A stretch of DNA of 64,000 nucleotides from Amoebophilaceae bacterium (GCA_965275955.1 OZ254961.1:301817-365816), one strand, 5' to 3'; positions 50,828 to 61,245 are shown, counted from the stretch's first letter. The notes: generated by a model from the letters alone, not told the origin. A program made the numbers and translations.

Positions 50828-52744
50828 ATGTCGATCAGCCCAGCAACCCTACAAGAAGTACAACACAGCGTCCAAATAGAAGAGGTGGTGGCTGATTTTG
50901 TGCCCCTTAAGAAGAAAGGGCAAAACTTGTGGGCGTGCTGTCCTTTTCACCAAGAAAAGACTCCTTCTTTTTCCGTTTCTCCTACTAAAGGCTTTTACAA
51001 GTGCTTTGGCTGTGGGGCTGCTGGCGATGCTATCACCTTTGTCAGGGAGATAGAGGGGGTAAACTTTGTAGAGGCGGTAAAATACCTGGCCAACAAGTAT
51101 GGTATTGACATCCAGGAGTCAGCCCCTAACGCAGAGCAAGTACAACAGCAGCATGCCAAGGATAGCTTGTATATCCTGCTCAACCTGGCCAAGGAGTACT
51201 ATGTGCACACCCTTTGGGCACAGGCAGAGGGGCCAACCATAGGGCTGAGTTATCTCACGGAAAGGGGTTTTACTGACCCTTTCATCAAGCAATTTGAGCT
51301 AGGGTATAGCCTCGACGCTGGGGAAGGCTTCTATCAGTTTGCTCGCGCAAAAGGTTATGAAGAAGAGCTTTTGGAAAAGGCAGGGCTCATTATCCACCAG
51401 GAGCATAAAGCCTACGATCGGTTCAGGGGCAGGGTGATGTTTCCTATTCACAATGTGTCAGGCAAGGTGATTGCCTTTGGCGCCCGGGTACTCAAAGCAG
51501 CTAAAAACCAACCCAAGTACATCAACTCGCCAGAAACAGCAATTTATCACAAAACCGACACGCTATACGGTATTTTTCAAGCCAAACAATCGATCAGACA
51601 AGAGGACAATTGCTACCTCGTAGAAGGCTACACAGACGTGCTGGGCCTACACATGGCTGGCATTACCAATGTGGTGGCGTCTTCAGGCACCTCGCTGACT
51701 GAAGCGCAGATCCAGCTCATGAGCAGGTTTACCAAGCATATCACTTTTGTATTTGACGGGGACCCAGCGGGCATCAAAGCGTCTTTGCGAGGCATTGACA
51801 TGGTGTTGGAAAGGGGGCTTAATGTGAAGGTGGTACTCCTCCCCCAGGGCGAAGACCCAGACAGCTATGCGCTCAAGGTGGGGGCAACGGCTTTGCAGGC
51901 CTATCTCAAGACAGCGCCCCAAGACTTTATCCAGTTCAAGGCTACCCTGCTCCTACAAGCAGCCCAGGAAGACCCTATTCGGAAAGCTGGGGCCATTAAA
52001 GAAATCGTCCAGAGCATTGCAGTCATTCCAGACGCTGTTAAAAGAGCCGTGTTGACCCAGCAGTGTAGCAAGCTCCTTGGCATGGATGAAGCAGTGCTGA
52101 CTGCTGAACAGAACAAGCTACGTGTCCAAAAGGAGCAGGAGCAACATCAAAAAGCTACGCGTTCCTTGCATGCGCATAGAGCACTCATGGCACTCACCTC
52201 CAAGGCTGCGCCAGCTCATAAGCCAGCGGATAGTATCAAAGCTTACGAACGGGAAATCATCCGCATGCTGCTGAGCTACGGAACGACTGCGCTAGAGGAT
52301 GGCCAACCTTTGTATGCGTACCTGCTCCGAGAGCTCGAAGAAGTAAACTTTCGTACGCCTGAGTACAAGGCCATTGTAGAGCATTTTCAGCAGCAACTTG
52401 CACAAGGAAAGGTAGTAGATGCTACTTATTTTATTCAGGGTGAGGACGAGACCTTCAAGAAGACGACTATCGACTTGACAGCGTCTGCTTATGAAGTAAG
52501 TGCCCATTGGGAGGATCGGTACCAGATTTATACTGCCAAAGAAGAGGATGAGCTGCACCAGACAGCCTTTAAGAACATTCTCAGGCTCAAGCTCAGGCTC
52601 ATCCAGCAACTCATTGAAGACAATCGAACAGGTTTACAGAGCAATCCTGAGCCTGAAGAGGAAGACAGGCTCCTTCAGGTACACGCAGCGCTTAAACAAG
52701 CTGAGGCAGCTATTGCCCAGGAGCTAGGCATGGTCGTTTGGTGA
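50828..52744 (+). CDS. dnaG: DNA primase
   Basis: 638 aa. Zinc ribbon CCPFHQEKTPSFSVSPTKGFYKCFGCG, RNA polymerase core MFPI.N..G.VIAFGAR, and TOPRIM motifs VEGYTDV and FDGDPAG. Confidence 0.95.
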   Translation: MSISPATLQEVQHSVQIEEVVADFVPLKKKGQNLWACCPFHQEKTPSFSVSPTKGFYKCFGCGAAGDAITFVREIEGVNFVEAVKYLANKYGIDIQESAPNAEQVQQQHAKDSLYILLNLAKEYYVHTLWAQAEGPTIGLSYLTERGFTDPFIKQFELGYSLDAGEGFYQFARAKGYEEELLEKAGLIIHQEHKAYDRFRGRVMFPIHNVSGKVIAFGARVLKAAKNQPKYINSPETAIYHKTDTLYGIFQAKQSIRQEDNCYLVEGYTDVLGLHMAGITNVVASSGTSLTEAQIQLMSRFTKHITFVFDGDPAGIKASLRGIDMVLERGLNVKVVLLPQGEDPDSYALKVGATALQAYLKTAPQDFIQFKATLLLQAAQEDPIRKAGAIKEIVQSIAVIPDAVKRAVLTQQCSKLLGMDEAVLTAEQNKLRVQKEQEQHQKATRSLHAHRALMALTSKAAPAHKPADSIKAYEREIIRMLLSYGTTALEDGQPLYAYLLRELEEVNFRTPEYKAIVEHFQQQLAQGKVVDATYFIQGEDETFKKTTIDLTASAYEVSAHWEDRYQIYTAKEEDELHQTAFKNILRLKLRLIQQLIEDNRTGLQSNPEPEEEDRLLQVHAALKQAEAAIAQELGMVVW

Positions 52745-52777
52745 TGCCAGCGATACAACCCTCTTAGCTTGGAGCCG

Positions 52778-52851
52778 TGAACCTGGAGGGATTCGAACCC
52801 CCAACCGCTGCATCCGTAGTGCAGTGCTCTATCCAATTAAGCTACAGGTCC
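52778..52851 (-). tRNA. tRNA-Arg (ACG)
   Basis: 74-nt cloverleaf on the reverse complement: GGACCTG-TA-GCTT..GAGC-A-CTGCA-CTACGGA-TGCAG-CGGTT-GGGGG-TTCGAAT-CCCTC-CAGGTTC-A. Confidence 0.9.
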
Positions 52852-53102
52852 TAGCAACCAAAGGAGTGTAAACCTAGGCAATAAATCCGCCTTCCTCAAC
52901 AACGTGCTTCGCAAGACCCGATACAATAGATAAATTTCAAAGCCGTAACATCACTAATAAGCTTAGCTAGTAGTAGACTTATAACTAAGAGATATGCAGC
53001 CAGCTCCTTTAGAACGCTGCAGCTACTGCTCCTGGTCATCGAATGTGCCTTCTTTAGGTACCCAAGCTACTCCTACTCTCAATATAAATTAACGGAACGT
53101 GC

Positions 53103-53133
53103 TTTGACTGCGGTGCCAAAAGTCTTAGCTTTG
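53103..53133 (+). promoter_or_regulatory. Bacteroidota-type sigma-A promoter upstream of the outer-membrane barrel gene
   Basis: TTTG (53103-53106), a 19-nt spacer, then TAGCTTTG (53126-53133). It lies ~40 nt upstream of the ATG at 53174. Confidence 0.5.
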
Positions 53134-53173
53134 CTTTGTCCGACATTCATGGAACGTACACACCACTAATAGA

Positions 53174-53995
53174 ATGAAGAAGCTAGTCTTGGCGCTTTTA
53201 CTTATGGTTACTGCTGTACATACGTGGGCACAGGAAGCTCAAAACAATGTGCAGGACACTCCTAAGCAGGCAGCTACACCACAAGAGCCTAGAAAGCATG
53301 GACAACAAGCCCACCCCAGCAAGCTGAAATCCAGGGCTGCGGAGTTGCCCAACTATGGCAGCTTGGTGATTGACTGGGGACTTAATTTTTTAAGAGACCG
53401 TCCTCAAGAAATGGACTTGATCTGTTGGGGCTCCAGGTTCTCAAACGTATATTACTACTATAACATCCGCCTTGGACAGTCTCGCTTCGCAATCAGCCCA
53501 GGAATAGGTATCGGATCTGAGGGGTACCGGTTCAAAGAAAAGGACGAGAAGTACTATACCCTAGTACGTAACGAGGTCATTCGTGATACAGAGTTCAAAT
53601 ACGCTCATGAACTTTTTCCGAAAAGTAAGAAGATTTTACAGTCAAGCCTGGACTTAAGGTATGTGGACTTTATGCTAGAAGTAAGACTGAGTGCCAACCG
53701 TAAGTATCCTAAAGAAAGCTTCTTTGTAGCCTTAGGTGGTAAGGTGGGCATGCTTTGGCACGCATCTACTACGGTAAAGTATAAAGAGGACGACCAGATT
53801 AAGCAACAGGTTGCCAGGGAGTTCTTCAACCTAAATAAGATGCGTTCTGCCGTACATGCCAGGTTAGGATGGGAGCGCTTTAGTCTTTTCTACACACAAA
53901 CCCTGCCCTTTTCCACCCTTTTTAATAAGGATCGAGGACCTAGTAAGACCACCACACAACCTTACAGTGTAGGACTCTCTGTTGATCTCTTTTAA
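53174..53995 (+). CDS. Outer membrane beta-barrel protein (porin-like)
   Basis: 273 aa. Signal peptide MKKLVLALLLMVTAVHTWAQ, alternating amphipathic strands and a terminal ..GLSVDLF with C-terminal Phe. Confidence 0.55.
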   Translation: MKKLVLALLLMVTAVHTWAQEAQNNVQDTPKQAATPQEPRKHGQQAHPSKLKSRAAELPNYGSLVIDWGLNFLRDRPQEMDLICWGSRFSNVYYYYNIRLGQSRFAISPGIGIGSEGYRFKEKDEKYYTLVRNEVIRDTEFKYAHELFPKSKKILQSSLDLRYVDFMLEVRLSANRKYPKESFFVALGGKVGMLWHASTTVKYKEDDQIKQQVAREFFNLNKMRSAVHARLGWERFSLFYTQTLPFSTLFNKDRGPSKTTTQPYSVGLSVDLF

Positions 53996-54020
53996 TGGCT
54001 ATCTAACCCAAAGGGCAAGT

Positions 54021-55448
54021 TTACAGCTCCTTACGCAGCCTAGCTACAGGAATGTGTAGCTGTTCTCTATACTTGGCCACCGTTCTTCGGGCTAGGTGGT
54101 AGCCTTGAGCTTTAAGCAGTGCAGCAATCTTCTCATCGGCATAAGGTTGCTGCTTATTTTCTTCCTGGATAATCTCTGAGAGGGCTTTTTTGACAGCTCT
54201 GTTGCTTACATCTTCTCCTGAATCGGTAGCAATGGCTTCAGTAAAGAAGTATTTCAAGGGATAAACGCCAAAGTTAGTCTGTACAGACTTGTTGTTGACT
54301 ATCCTTGACACGGTAGAAACGTCCATGCCAATCTCTTCTGCCACGTACTTTAGGACCATGGGCTTAAGCCTGTGCTCCTCTTCTTCCATAAAGAAGTCAT
54401 GCTGCAGGCGCACAATCGCTTGCATGGTGTTTAGTAGGGTGTGCTGTCGTTGTTTAACAGCATCAATGAACCACTGAGCAGCTTCTAATTTCTTCCTAGC
54501 AAAAGTAGCAGCTTCTTTAAGCCTCCTATCTTGCCTTTTGAGCCTGCGATAGTTATCCAGCATGGCAACGTAAGATTTTCTCGTTCTCAACACAGGTGTA
54601 CTGTAGTTACTAAGGGCAACATGAAGTTGGCCATTTTGTTTTGTAACGATAAAATCAGGATACAAGACTTCACCGCGGGAAGATACATTAAAGCTGCTGC
54701 CTGGCTTAGGATTCAACTTGGTAATTAATGCCAAGGTGTCTTTGAGGAGTTGTGGACTTTGCACCCCTAGCTTCTCTGTAATCTTTGTATAGTGCTTTCT
54801 GCTAAATTCCTCAAAGCACTGAGCAAGTATCTGCCTCGCAAGCTGGTTGGCGGCCCCACTTTCTTGGCGTTGCTCTAATTGGATTAACAAACATTCTTGT
54901 AAGCTGCTGGCCCCTATTCCTGGAGGCGTAAAACTTTGTATCTTCTTAAGCACTGCTTCTACCTCTTGCACATTGGTCTCAACGTATTGAGTAAAAGCTA
55001 GTTCATTGACAATGGCCTCTAAATCTCGGCGGATATAGCCATCGGCATCAATACTACCAATGAGATGTGCCCCAATCTTATGTTGACGTTTGTCAAGTTC
55101 TAGAAACCTAAGCTGTCTCAAAAGCTTCTCTCCTAGTGTATCAGGCGTACTAAGTAGAGGCTCGCCTGTCACTGGTCGCTCTTGATGCTGTTGATAGCTT
55201 GTGTTGTAGTGCTGGTAGCTATTATCACGCAAGCCTTCCTCCATCCAGTCTTCCTCATCAGTATTCTCTTCATTGCTGGGTTGCTCTTCTATCGTATTGG
55301 TATCTTCTTCCAAGGCAGGGTTACTGGCTAACTCCTGCTCTACACGAGCTTTCATGGTGGCAGAAGGCACTTGTAGCAGTTTGATGAGCTGTATTTGTTG
55401 GGGGGATAGTCTTTGTGCCAGCACATGGCTTAGACGCAGCTTTTGCAT
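54021..55448 (-). CDS. rpoN: RNA polymerase sigma-54 factor
   Basis: The ATG at 55448 gives MQKLRLSHVLAQRLSPQQIQLIKLLQVP, the canonical region I. The C-terminus has the HTH and the RpoN box LARRTVAKYREQL. The listed 59-codon extension would overlap asnS. Confidence 0.93.
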   Translation of the reverse strand: MQKLRLSHVLAQRLSPQQIQLIKLLQVPSATMKARVEQELASNPALEEDTNTIEEQPSNEENTDEEDWMEEGLRDNSYQHYNTSYQQHQERPVTGEPLLSTPDTLGEKLLRQLRFLELDKRQHKIGAHLIGSIDADGYIRRDLEAIVNELAFTQYVETNVQEVEAVLKKIQSFTPPGIGASSLQECLLIQLEQRQESGAANQLARQILAQCFEEFSRKHYTKITEKLGVQSPQLLKDTLALITKLNPKPGSSFNVSSRGEVLYPDFIVTKQNGQLHVALSNYSTPVLRTRKSYVAMLDNYRRLKRQDRRLKEAATFARKKLEAAQWFIDAVKQRQHTLLNTMQAIVRLQHDFFMEEEEHRLKPMVLKYVAEEIGMDVSTVSRIVNNKSVQTNFGVYPLKYFFTEAIATDSGEDVSNRAVKKALSEIIQEENKQQPYADEKIAALLKAQGYHLARRTVAKYREQLHIPVARLRKEL

Positions 55449-55555
55449 GTAGTGTATTAAATTGAGGCCAATATGCTGACTCAGAAAGCCCTGCGGGGTA
55501 GAGAGCGAGGCAGGTCGGCTCAAACCCCTTCCTTTTATATTACGGTGTTCTGCGG

Positions 55556-55563
55556 TAATTTTG
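55556..55563 (+). promoter_or_regulatory. Candidate -7 box (TAATTTTG) for asnS
   Basis: Exact TAnnTTTG match 23 nt upstream of the asnS TTG start. The -33 element is poor (CTTTTA). Confidence 0.3.
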
Positions 55564-55585
55564 AAGCCGCATTTAGAGAAAAATC

Positions 55586-57019
55586 TTGAAGAGAACAAAG
55601 ATAAAAGAACTCTTGGCCATAGCACAAGTAGGAAGCCAGATTTGTGCTAAGGGATGGGTACGCACCAAGCGCATTAGCAAAAACGCTGTGTTCATTACTT
55701 TGAATGATGGCTCTACCCTTCACAACCTACAGGTGGTAGCTACCCCTGCTCAACTTTCAAAAGCTACCTTACAAAGCATTACCCCTGGGAGTAGTTTGTC
55801 TGTAGAGGGCATGGTTACTGCCTCTCAGGGCCAAGCACAGCACATTGAGCTACAAGCTGACAAGCTGACTGTCCTGGGCACTGCAGCTGATTACCCATTG
55901 CAGCCTAAAAAGCACTCTTTTGAGTTTTTGCGAGAAATAGCTCATCTGCGTTTTCGTACCAATACTTTTGGGGCTGTTTTCAGGGTCCGCCATGCCCTCA
56001 GCTATGCTATTCATCAGTTCTTTCATAAGCAAGGCTTTGTGTATCTACACACACCCATCATCACAGGAATAGATGCGGAAGGAGCGGGGGAGATGTTTAA
56101 TGTGACTACATTAGATGTAGCCCACCTACCCAGACAAGAAGATGGCAGCATTGATTTTCGCCACGATTTCTTTGGTCAGCCAACTAGCTTAACTGTTTCA
56201 GGGCAGTTGGAGGCAGAAGCTGCAGCGCTAGGACTGGCAGAGGTCTATACCTTTGGGCCTACCTTTAGGGCAGAGTACTCGTATACCACCCGACACCTGG
56301 CAGAGTTTTGGATGGTGGAGCCAGAGATGGCTTTTTATGACCTCACGGATAATGTGGCGCTCGCAGCGTCCCTGCTGAAGTATTTGGTGCAGTTTGTACT
56401 GGACCATTGTCCAGATGACCTGGCTTTTCTGCAGCAAAGGGTATTAATAGCACCGCCTCCAAAAAAGCAGACAGAGAAGGAGCTACCGCTTTTTGAACGC
56501 TTGGAAGGGATCGTAGCACAACCCTTTGCACACATCACTTACACTGAGGCCATTGACATTTTGAAAGTTTCAAAGCCCAACAAACAAGGGAAGTTTGCTT
56601 ACGCTGTTCGGAATTGGGGCATGGATTTACAATCGGAACACGAACGCTACCTGGCAGAGCAGCACTTTAAGAAGCCTGTTGTGATTACCGACTATCCAGG
56701 CAGGGTCAAAGCGTTTTACATGCGCCAGAATGAAGATGGGAAGACGGTCGCTGCGATGGACATCTTGTTACCAGGTATAGGAGAAATTCTAGGAGGATCG
56801 CAGCGAGAGGAGCGGTTAGACAAGCTGGTGGCAGCCATACAGCACTTACAGATAGACGCAGGGGCCTTGCAGTGGTACCTAGATACACGCCGCTTCGGTA
56901 CTGTGCCACACAGTGGCTTTGGTCTAGGGCTAGAACGCTTCGTGCAGTTTGTCACGGGCATGGAAAACATCCGCGATGTTATTCCCTTTCCAAGAACGCC
57001 AGGCAATGCTGCTTTCTAA
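55586..57019 (+). CDS. asnS: Asparagine--tRNA ligase
   Basis: 477 aa with a TTG start. OB-fold N-terminus GWVRTKR, class IIb motifs FRAEYSYTTRHLAEFWMVEPE and GGSQREER, and GFGLGLERFVQF. Confidence 0.93.
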   Translation: MKRTKIKELLAIAQVGSQICAKGWVRTKRISKNAVFITLNDGSTLHNLQVVATPAQLSKATLQSITPGSSLSVEGMVTASQGQAQHIELQADKLTVLGTAADYPLQPKKHSFEFLREIAHLRFRTNTFGAVFRVRHALSYAIHQFFHKQGFVYLHTPIITGIDAEGAGEMFNVTTLDVAHLPRQEDGSIDFRHDFFGQPTSLTVSGQLEAEAAALGLAEVYTFGPTFRAEYSYTTRHLAEFWMVEPEMAFYDLTDNVALAASLLKYLVQFVLDHCPDDLAFLQQRVLIAPPPKKQTEKELPLFERLEGIVAQPFAHITYTEAIDILKVSKPNKQGKFAYAVRNWGMDLQSEHERYLAEQHFKKPVVITDYPGRVKAFYMRQNEDGKTVAAMDILLPGIGEILGGSQREERLDKLVAAIQHLQIDAGALQWYLDTRRFGTVPHSGFGLGLERFVQFVTGMENIRDVIPFPRTPGNAAF

Positions 57020-57044
57020 AAAAATGCTAGTAACAGACAAGCCA

Positions 57045-58409
57045 CTATTTTATTGCCTGGGCTTGGTACCATGCTTCGTTAGTCAGGGCTTTTTTATAGG
57101 CACCTAGTGCACGTTCACGTGCAGCACTGTGGTCAACAATTGGTTGGGGATAGGACCGTTCCTCGAGCTCAGGTACCCATTGTTTGATATACTTGAGTGC
57201 GGGATCAAACTTTTGCGTCTGGAGATAAGGATTAAAGATGCGGAAATAAGGAGCTGCATCGCAACCAGCGCCTGCTGCCCACTGCCACCCACCATTGTTA
57301 GAAGCCAGCTCAAAGTCTAAGAGTTTTCTAGCAAAATAAGCTTCGCCCCAGCGCCAATCGATCAGCAAGTGCTTGGTCAAAAAACTAGCTGTAATCATAC
57401 GCAGCCGGTTATGCATGTAGCCCGTTACATTCAGCTCCCGCATACCTGCATCTACAATAGGATACCCGGTCTGTCCTGCACACCAAGCTTGGAATTGACT
57501 TTGATTATTCTCCCAGGCCACTTGGTCATAGATAGGCTTAAAAGAACGCTCCACTACATAAGGAAAGTGCCACAAGATCATCATGTAAAAGTTGCGCCAG
57601 ATCAACTCATTGAGCCATACTTCATTGTGGGCGCGAGCAATGCGCGTGGCCATTCGGATGCTTATCGTACCAAAACGAAAGTGTACACTGAGCCTACTCG
57701 TGCCCAAAACTGAAGGGATATCCCTTTGCTGGTCATACTTTTTGATACGATCCAGATCTATTTCATGGCTAGGAAAGTCGAAGTGTTGCGCCTGAAATCC
57801 CATGTCTTGTAGTAAAAGCAAGGGCAGAGGGCTGATCTGCAAACAATGATGAAGTAACCCACTGCTGTCAAATCCTTGCGCCATGGCTGGCTTAAACCGT
57901 GCTTTCCATTGCTTCATATAAGGCGTAAAAACCGTGTACGGCGTACCATCATCCTTCATCAGCTCATCCTTTTCAAAGATAACTTGGTCCTTGAAGCTGT
58001 GAAAGGCTATCTGGTGTGCTGCTAGGTAGTCAGCCACTGCCTGATCGCGCTGTTGAGCATAGGGTTCATAGTCGTGGTTGGTGTACACAGCATTAAGTAT
58101 CAGTGTGCGGGTTAGTTGCTGGTATACTGCTGTAGGCTCACCATAACACACCAGCAGCGAGCTGCCTATTTTTTCTAAGGCGGCTTTGAGTAACTGAAGT
58201 TGCGCATAAATAAACTGGACCCTGCAGTCAGTACAGTCTTCCAGCTTGGCTAGGATGTTGGCATCAAAGATGAAAATAGGTAGTACAGGTCCGCCTGTAT
58301 TGAGTGCTTGATATAGGCCATGGTTGTCTTCGAGCCGCAGATCTCTTCGGAACCAGAATAGGGTCCATGCTTTTTGTTGGGCCTGGATATTGAGATTAGG
58401 GATGATCAT
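57045..58409 (-). CDS. Cryptochrome/photolyase family protein (deoxyribodipyrimidine photolyase-like)
   Basis: 454 aa. N-terminal WFRRDLRLEDNHGLYQAL. The FAD-binding domain has TGYPIVDAGMREL..TGYMHNRLRM and NNGGWQWAAG. Confidence 0.88.
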   Translation of the reverse strand: MIIPNLNIQAQQKAWTLFWFRRDLRLEDNHGLYQALNTGGPVLPIFIFDANILAKLEDCTDCRVQFIYAQLQLLKAALEKIGSSLLVCYGEPTAVYQQLTRTLILNAVYTNHDYEPYAQQRDQAVADYLAAHQIAFHSFKDQVIFEKDELMKDDGTPYTVFTPYMKQWKARFKPAMAQGFDSSGLLHHCLQISPLPLLLLQDMGFQAQHFDFPSHEIDLDRIKKYDQQRDIPSVLGTSRLSVHFRFGTISIRMATRIARAHNEVWLNELIWRNFYMMILWHFPYVVERSFKPIYDQVAWENNQSQFQAWCAGQTGYPIVDAGMRELNVTGYMHNRLRMITASFLTKHLLIDWRWGEAYFARKLLDFELASNNGGWQWAAGAGCDAAPYFRIFNPYLQTQKFDPALKYIKQWVPELEERSYPQPIVDHSAARERALGAYKKALTNEAWYQAQAIK

Positions 58410-58476
58410 AAGCTACGTGCTGTTTTACTGGTAGCGTGTGGGGACTACTATAGACTTATAAGAACCGCCAAGTAAG

Positions 58477-59307
58477 TTAGAGTCTGTTCAGCTGGTATCG
58501 TAAGCTCGCTCCTAGAATCAGAGCATATTTTCTGTAGGTGGGAATCCTTATTCTTGTTTGTAAAAGCTCCTCAACAGATGCTTTACAAATCTTCTGGAAG
58601 AGCCTTCTGTAGTAGGTATAGGCCAAATAAACGCAAAACCTGGCGTTATCAGGAAGCTGTTTGATACCCACAAGCGCTACATTAAAATCTGCTGCTACAC
58701 TGGCCTCTATGTCCCGCTTGGTCGTTTTGTTAAATTGGTCAAAGCTACTACCTGGGAAGTAATACCTACCTAGCTGCTTGGCATCAGCGTGTAAGTCTCT
58801 CAAGAAATTCACCTTTTGCAAGGCTTTGCCTAGACGCATGGCATAGGGCTTCAGCTGCGTGTATTGCTCCCCCCCACAAAAGACTTGCAGACACATCAGC
58901 CCTACCACCTCTGAAGAGCCTAATAGATATTTTTCAAAAGAAGCCTGTGTATGCGTTTGTTGGCTTAGGTCCATCCGCATGCTTTCAAAAAAAGTATCCA
59001 CAAGCGCTAGGTCGATTTGAAAAGTGTGTACAACCTGTTGGAAGGCATTGAGGATAGGGTTCAAGCTGATCTTGTCTTGAATGGCTTGGTACGTAGCTGC
59101 TTGAAACTGTTCCAGTAAGGAAGCCTTGGGATAGTCATGAAAGGTATCCACGATCTCATCGCCCAGCCTAAAGAAGCTGTAGATCGCATAGATAGCACTA
59201 CGGTATTTTTTGTGTAGCAACTTAATGCCTATGGCAAAAGAGCTGGTGTAGGCTTGGGTAGTGATTCTACAGCATTCTGCAGAAACACGATCATAAATAG
59301 CTTTCAT
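58477..59307 (-). CDS. crtB: Phytoene synthase
   Basis: The ATG at 59307 gives MKAIYDRVSAECCRITTQAYTSSFAIGIKLL. Asp-rich motifs FFRLGDEIVD and NFLRDLHADAKQLGRYYFP. Confidence 0.88.
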   Translation of the reverse strand: MKAIYDRVSAECCRITTQAYTSSFAIGIKLLHKKYRSAIYAIYSFFRLGDEIVDTFHDYPKASLLEQFQAATYQAIQDKISLNPILNAFQQVVHTFQIDLALVDTFFESMRMDLSQQTHTQASFEKYLLGSSEVVGLMCLQVFCGGEQYTQLKPYAMRLGKALQKVNFLRDLHADAKQLGRYYFPGSSFDQFNKTTKRDIEASVAADFNVALVGIKQLPDNARFCVYLAYTYYRRLFQKICKASVEELLQTRIRIPTYRKYALILGASLRYQLNRL

Positions 59308-59487
59308 AGAGGTTGCGTGGCTTGTTTTATGGGCTAGCCCTCGTGCATTGCACTTAGTAATCACCCAAAAATTTACCCCAAGGGAAAGCCTTGTTACCTA
59401 CTACTGGAGGTAGCTCGAAAGCAATAAAAGTAGAAGAATAGAACATGAGACACAAGCCTAGGGTTGTACTGCTCAAGATAGCGTTAG

Positions 59488-60972
59488 CTAAGCCCTATAC
59501 GCCTTCACTATCTCTTTGGCTACGACCTGCCCTGAAATGATAGCCGGGGGTACTCCTGGCCCTGGTACGGTGAACTGGCCTGTGTAGTAGAGGTTGCGCA
59601 CTTTGTGGCTACGTAGCGAGGGGCGTAGCATAGCTGTTTGCCACAACGTACTGGCCAGGCCGTAAGCATTGCCTTTGAAGGCATGGTAGTCTTGTATAAA
59701 GTCTTGGTGGCCATAGCTCCTTTGGCAGACAATATGCTCTTTGATAGTCTCTCCAGTAAGCTCCTCAAGCTTTTGCAAGGTATACTTTAGATACTGCTCA
59801 CGGACTTCTGATGTATCCTGCAGGCCAGGGGCTACAGGAATGAGTATAAAGAGGTTGTCGCAGCCTGAGGGAGCCACTGTACTATCAGTTTTGGAGGTAC
59901 AAGAGACATAAAACAAGGGATCAGAAGGCCACTGGGGCGACGTATAGATTGCATGAAAATGTTGCTGCAGCGATGTATGGAAGAAAAGGTTGTGGTGGCG
60001 CAGCCGCTTTAGCCGTTTGTTGATGCCTAGATAGTAAAGCAAGCAAGAAGGTGCTAATACCCGCTTGTCCCAATAGGCTTGGCTATACGTTCTGTAGGCT
60101 TTAGGCAACAGGTGTTGCTCTACATGGTGGTAATCACCATTGGCAATGACTAGCCCTGCTGTAAAGCTCTGCCGATCTGTAAGCACCTGCTGTACCTGTT
60201 GGTTGTCTATTTCCAAGGCTTTTACTTCAGTATCTGTCAGGATCGTAGTGCCCAAAGACTCGTTGAGTTTCACCATAGCCTTGATCGGCTCGTGCATGCC
60301 TCCCATAGGATACCACGTGCCTAATGCAATGTCTGCATAGTTCATTAGGCTGTAGAGCGCTGGGGTTTTCTGCGGGGTGGCCCCCAAAAAGAGCACTGGA
60401 AACTCCAAGAGTTGGAGTAGATGCGCATCGGTGAAGTACTTCCGAATGTAGCGGTGAAAAGATTGGAAAAGATGCAGCCTGAAGAGCCCCCTGAGAATTC
60501 TCAAGTCAGCTAACTCGAACACCGACTGCCCGGGCTTATAGACCAGGTCTGTGATCCCTACTTGGTACTTATAAGCAGCCTCAGCAAGAAATTGCTGCAA
60601 GCGCAGCCCTGCCCCTCTTTCGTAGGTCTCAAACAGCTGCATGCGTGCCTCAGGCTGCGCAGGCATGGAGGCGATGTGGTCTTGGCCAAAGAAGACAGCA
60701 TAAGCAGGATCGAGTTGCTTCAACGTGTAGTAATCAGCTGCAGCATGGCCAAATTGGTTGAAGAAAGCTTCGAATACGTCAGGCATCCAATACCAGCTAG
60801 GCCCCATGTCAAAACGAAAGCCCTGGGCCTCAAACATACGTGCTCTGCCTCCTGGCTGGCTGTTCTTCTCTAGTACAGTGACCTCAAAACCTTGCTGAGC
60901 TAGGGAAGCTGCTGCGGCCAAGCCTGCATACCCTGCTCCTATTACAATGACACGATGGCTGGTAGCGGACAT
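59488..60972 (-). CDS. crtI: Phytoene desaturase
   Basis: 494 aa. Dinucleotide fold VIVIGAGYAGLAAA..LEKN..GGR. The C-terminal signature is NLYYTGQFTVPGPGVP. Confidence 0.92.
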   Translation of the reverse strand: MSATSHRVIVIGAGYAGLAAAASLAQQGFEVTVLEKNSQPGGRARMFEAQGFRFDMGPSWYWMPDVFEAFFNQFGHAAADYYTLKQLDPAYAVFFGQDHIASMPAQPEARMQLFETYERGAGLRLQQFLAEAAYKYQVGITDLVYKPGQSVFELADLRILRGLFRLHLFQSFHRYIRKYFTDAHLLQLLEFPVLFLGATPQKTPALYSLMNYADIALGTWYPMGGMHEPIKAMVKLNESLGTTILTDTEVKALEIDNQQVQQVLTDRQSFTAGLVIANGDYHHVEQHLLPKAYRTYSQAYWDKRVLAPSCLLYYLGINKRLKRLRHHNLFFHTSLQQHFHAIYTSPQWPSDPLFYVSCTSKTDSTVAPSGCDNLFILIPVAPGLQDTSEVREQYLKYTLQKLEELTGETIKEHIVCQRSYGHQDFIQDYHAFKGNAYGLASTLWQTAMLRPSLRSHKVRNLYYTGQFTVPGPGVPPAIISGQVVAKEIVKAYRA

Positions 60973-61010
60973 AGATAATATGCTTGTACTGAAGGAACAT
61001 AGAGGTTTAG

Positions 61011-61084
61011 CGCGCTCGGAAGGACTCGAACCCTCAACCTTCGGAGCCGAAATCCGACGTTCTATCCAGTTGAACTACGAGCAC
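61011..61084 (-). tRNA. tRNA-Arg (TCG)
   Basis: 74-nt cloverleaf on the reverse complement: GTGCTCG-TA-GTTC..GAAC-G-TCGGA-TTTCGGC-TCCGA-AGGTT-GAGGG-TTCGAGT-CCTTC-CGAGCGC-G. Confidence 0.88.
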
Positions 61085-61245
61085 AGGTCTTTTGGTGTTT
61101 GGGTACCCTGGGAGCAAATTGCGCTTATACAAGCACAGACTTGCTCGGGCCATGCAAGTACATAAAAAAAAGACAAGCCGTATTACATCATACCGTTGAG
61201 ACTATCTAAAATTTATGACTATCTTGAAAACAAACCATAGCCTCC

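Noticed and set aside
55449-55625. 59-codon N-terminal extension of rpoN overlapping the asnS start.
   Set aside because: Canonical sigma-54 region I begins at the Met at 55448 (MQKLRL..LSPQQIQLIKLL). The extension has no homology and would overlap the divergent asnS promoter and start.
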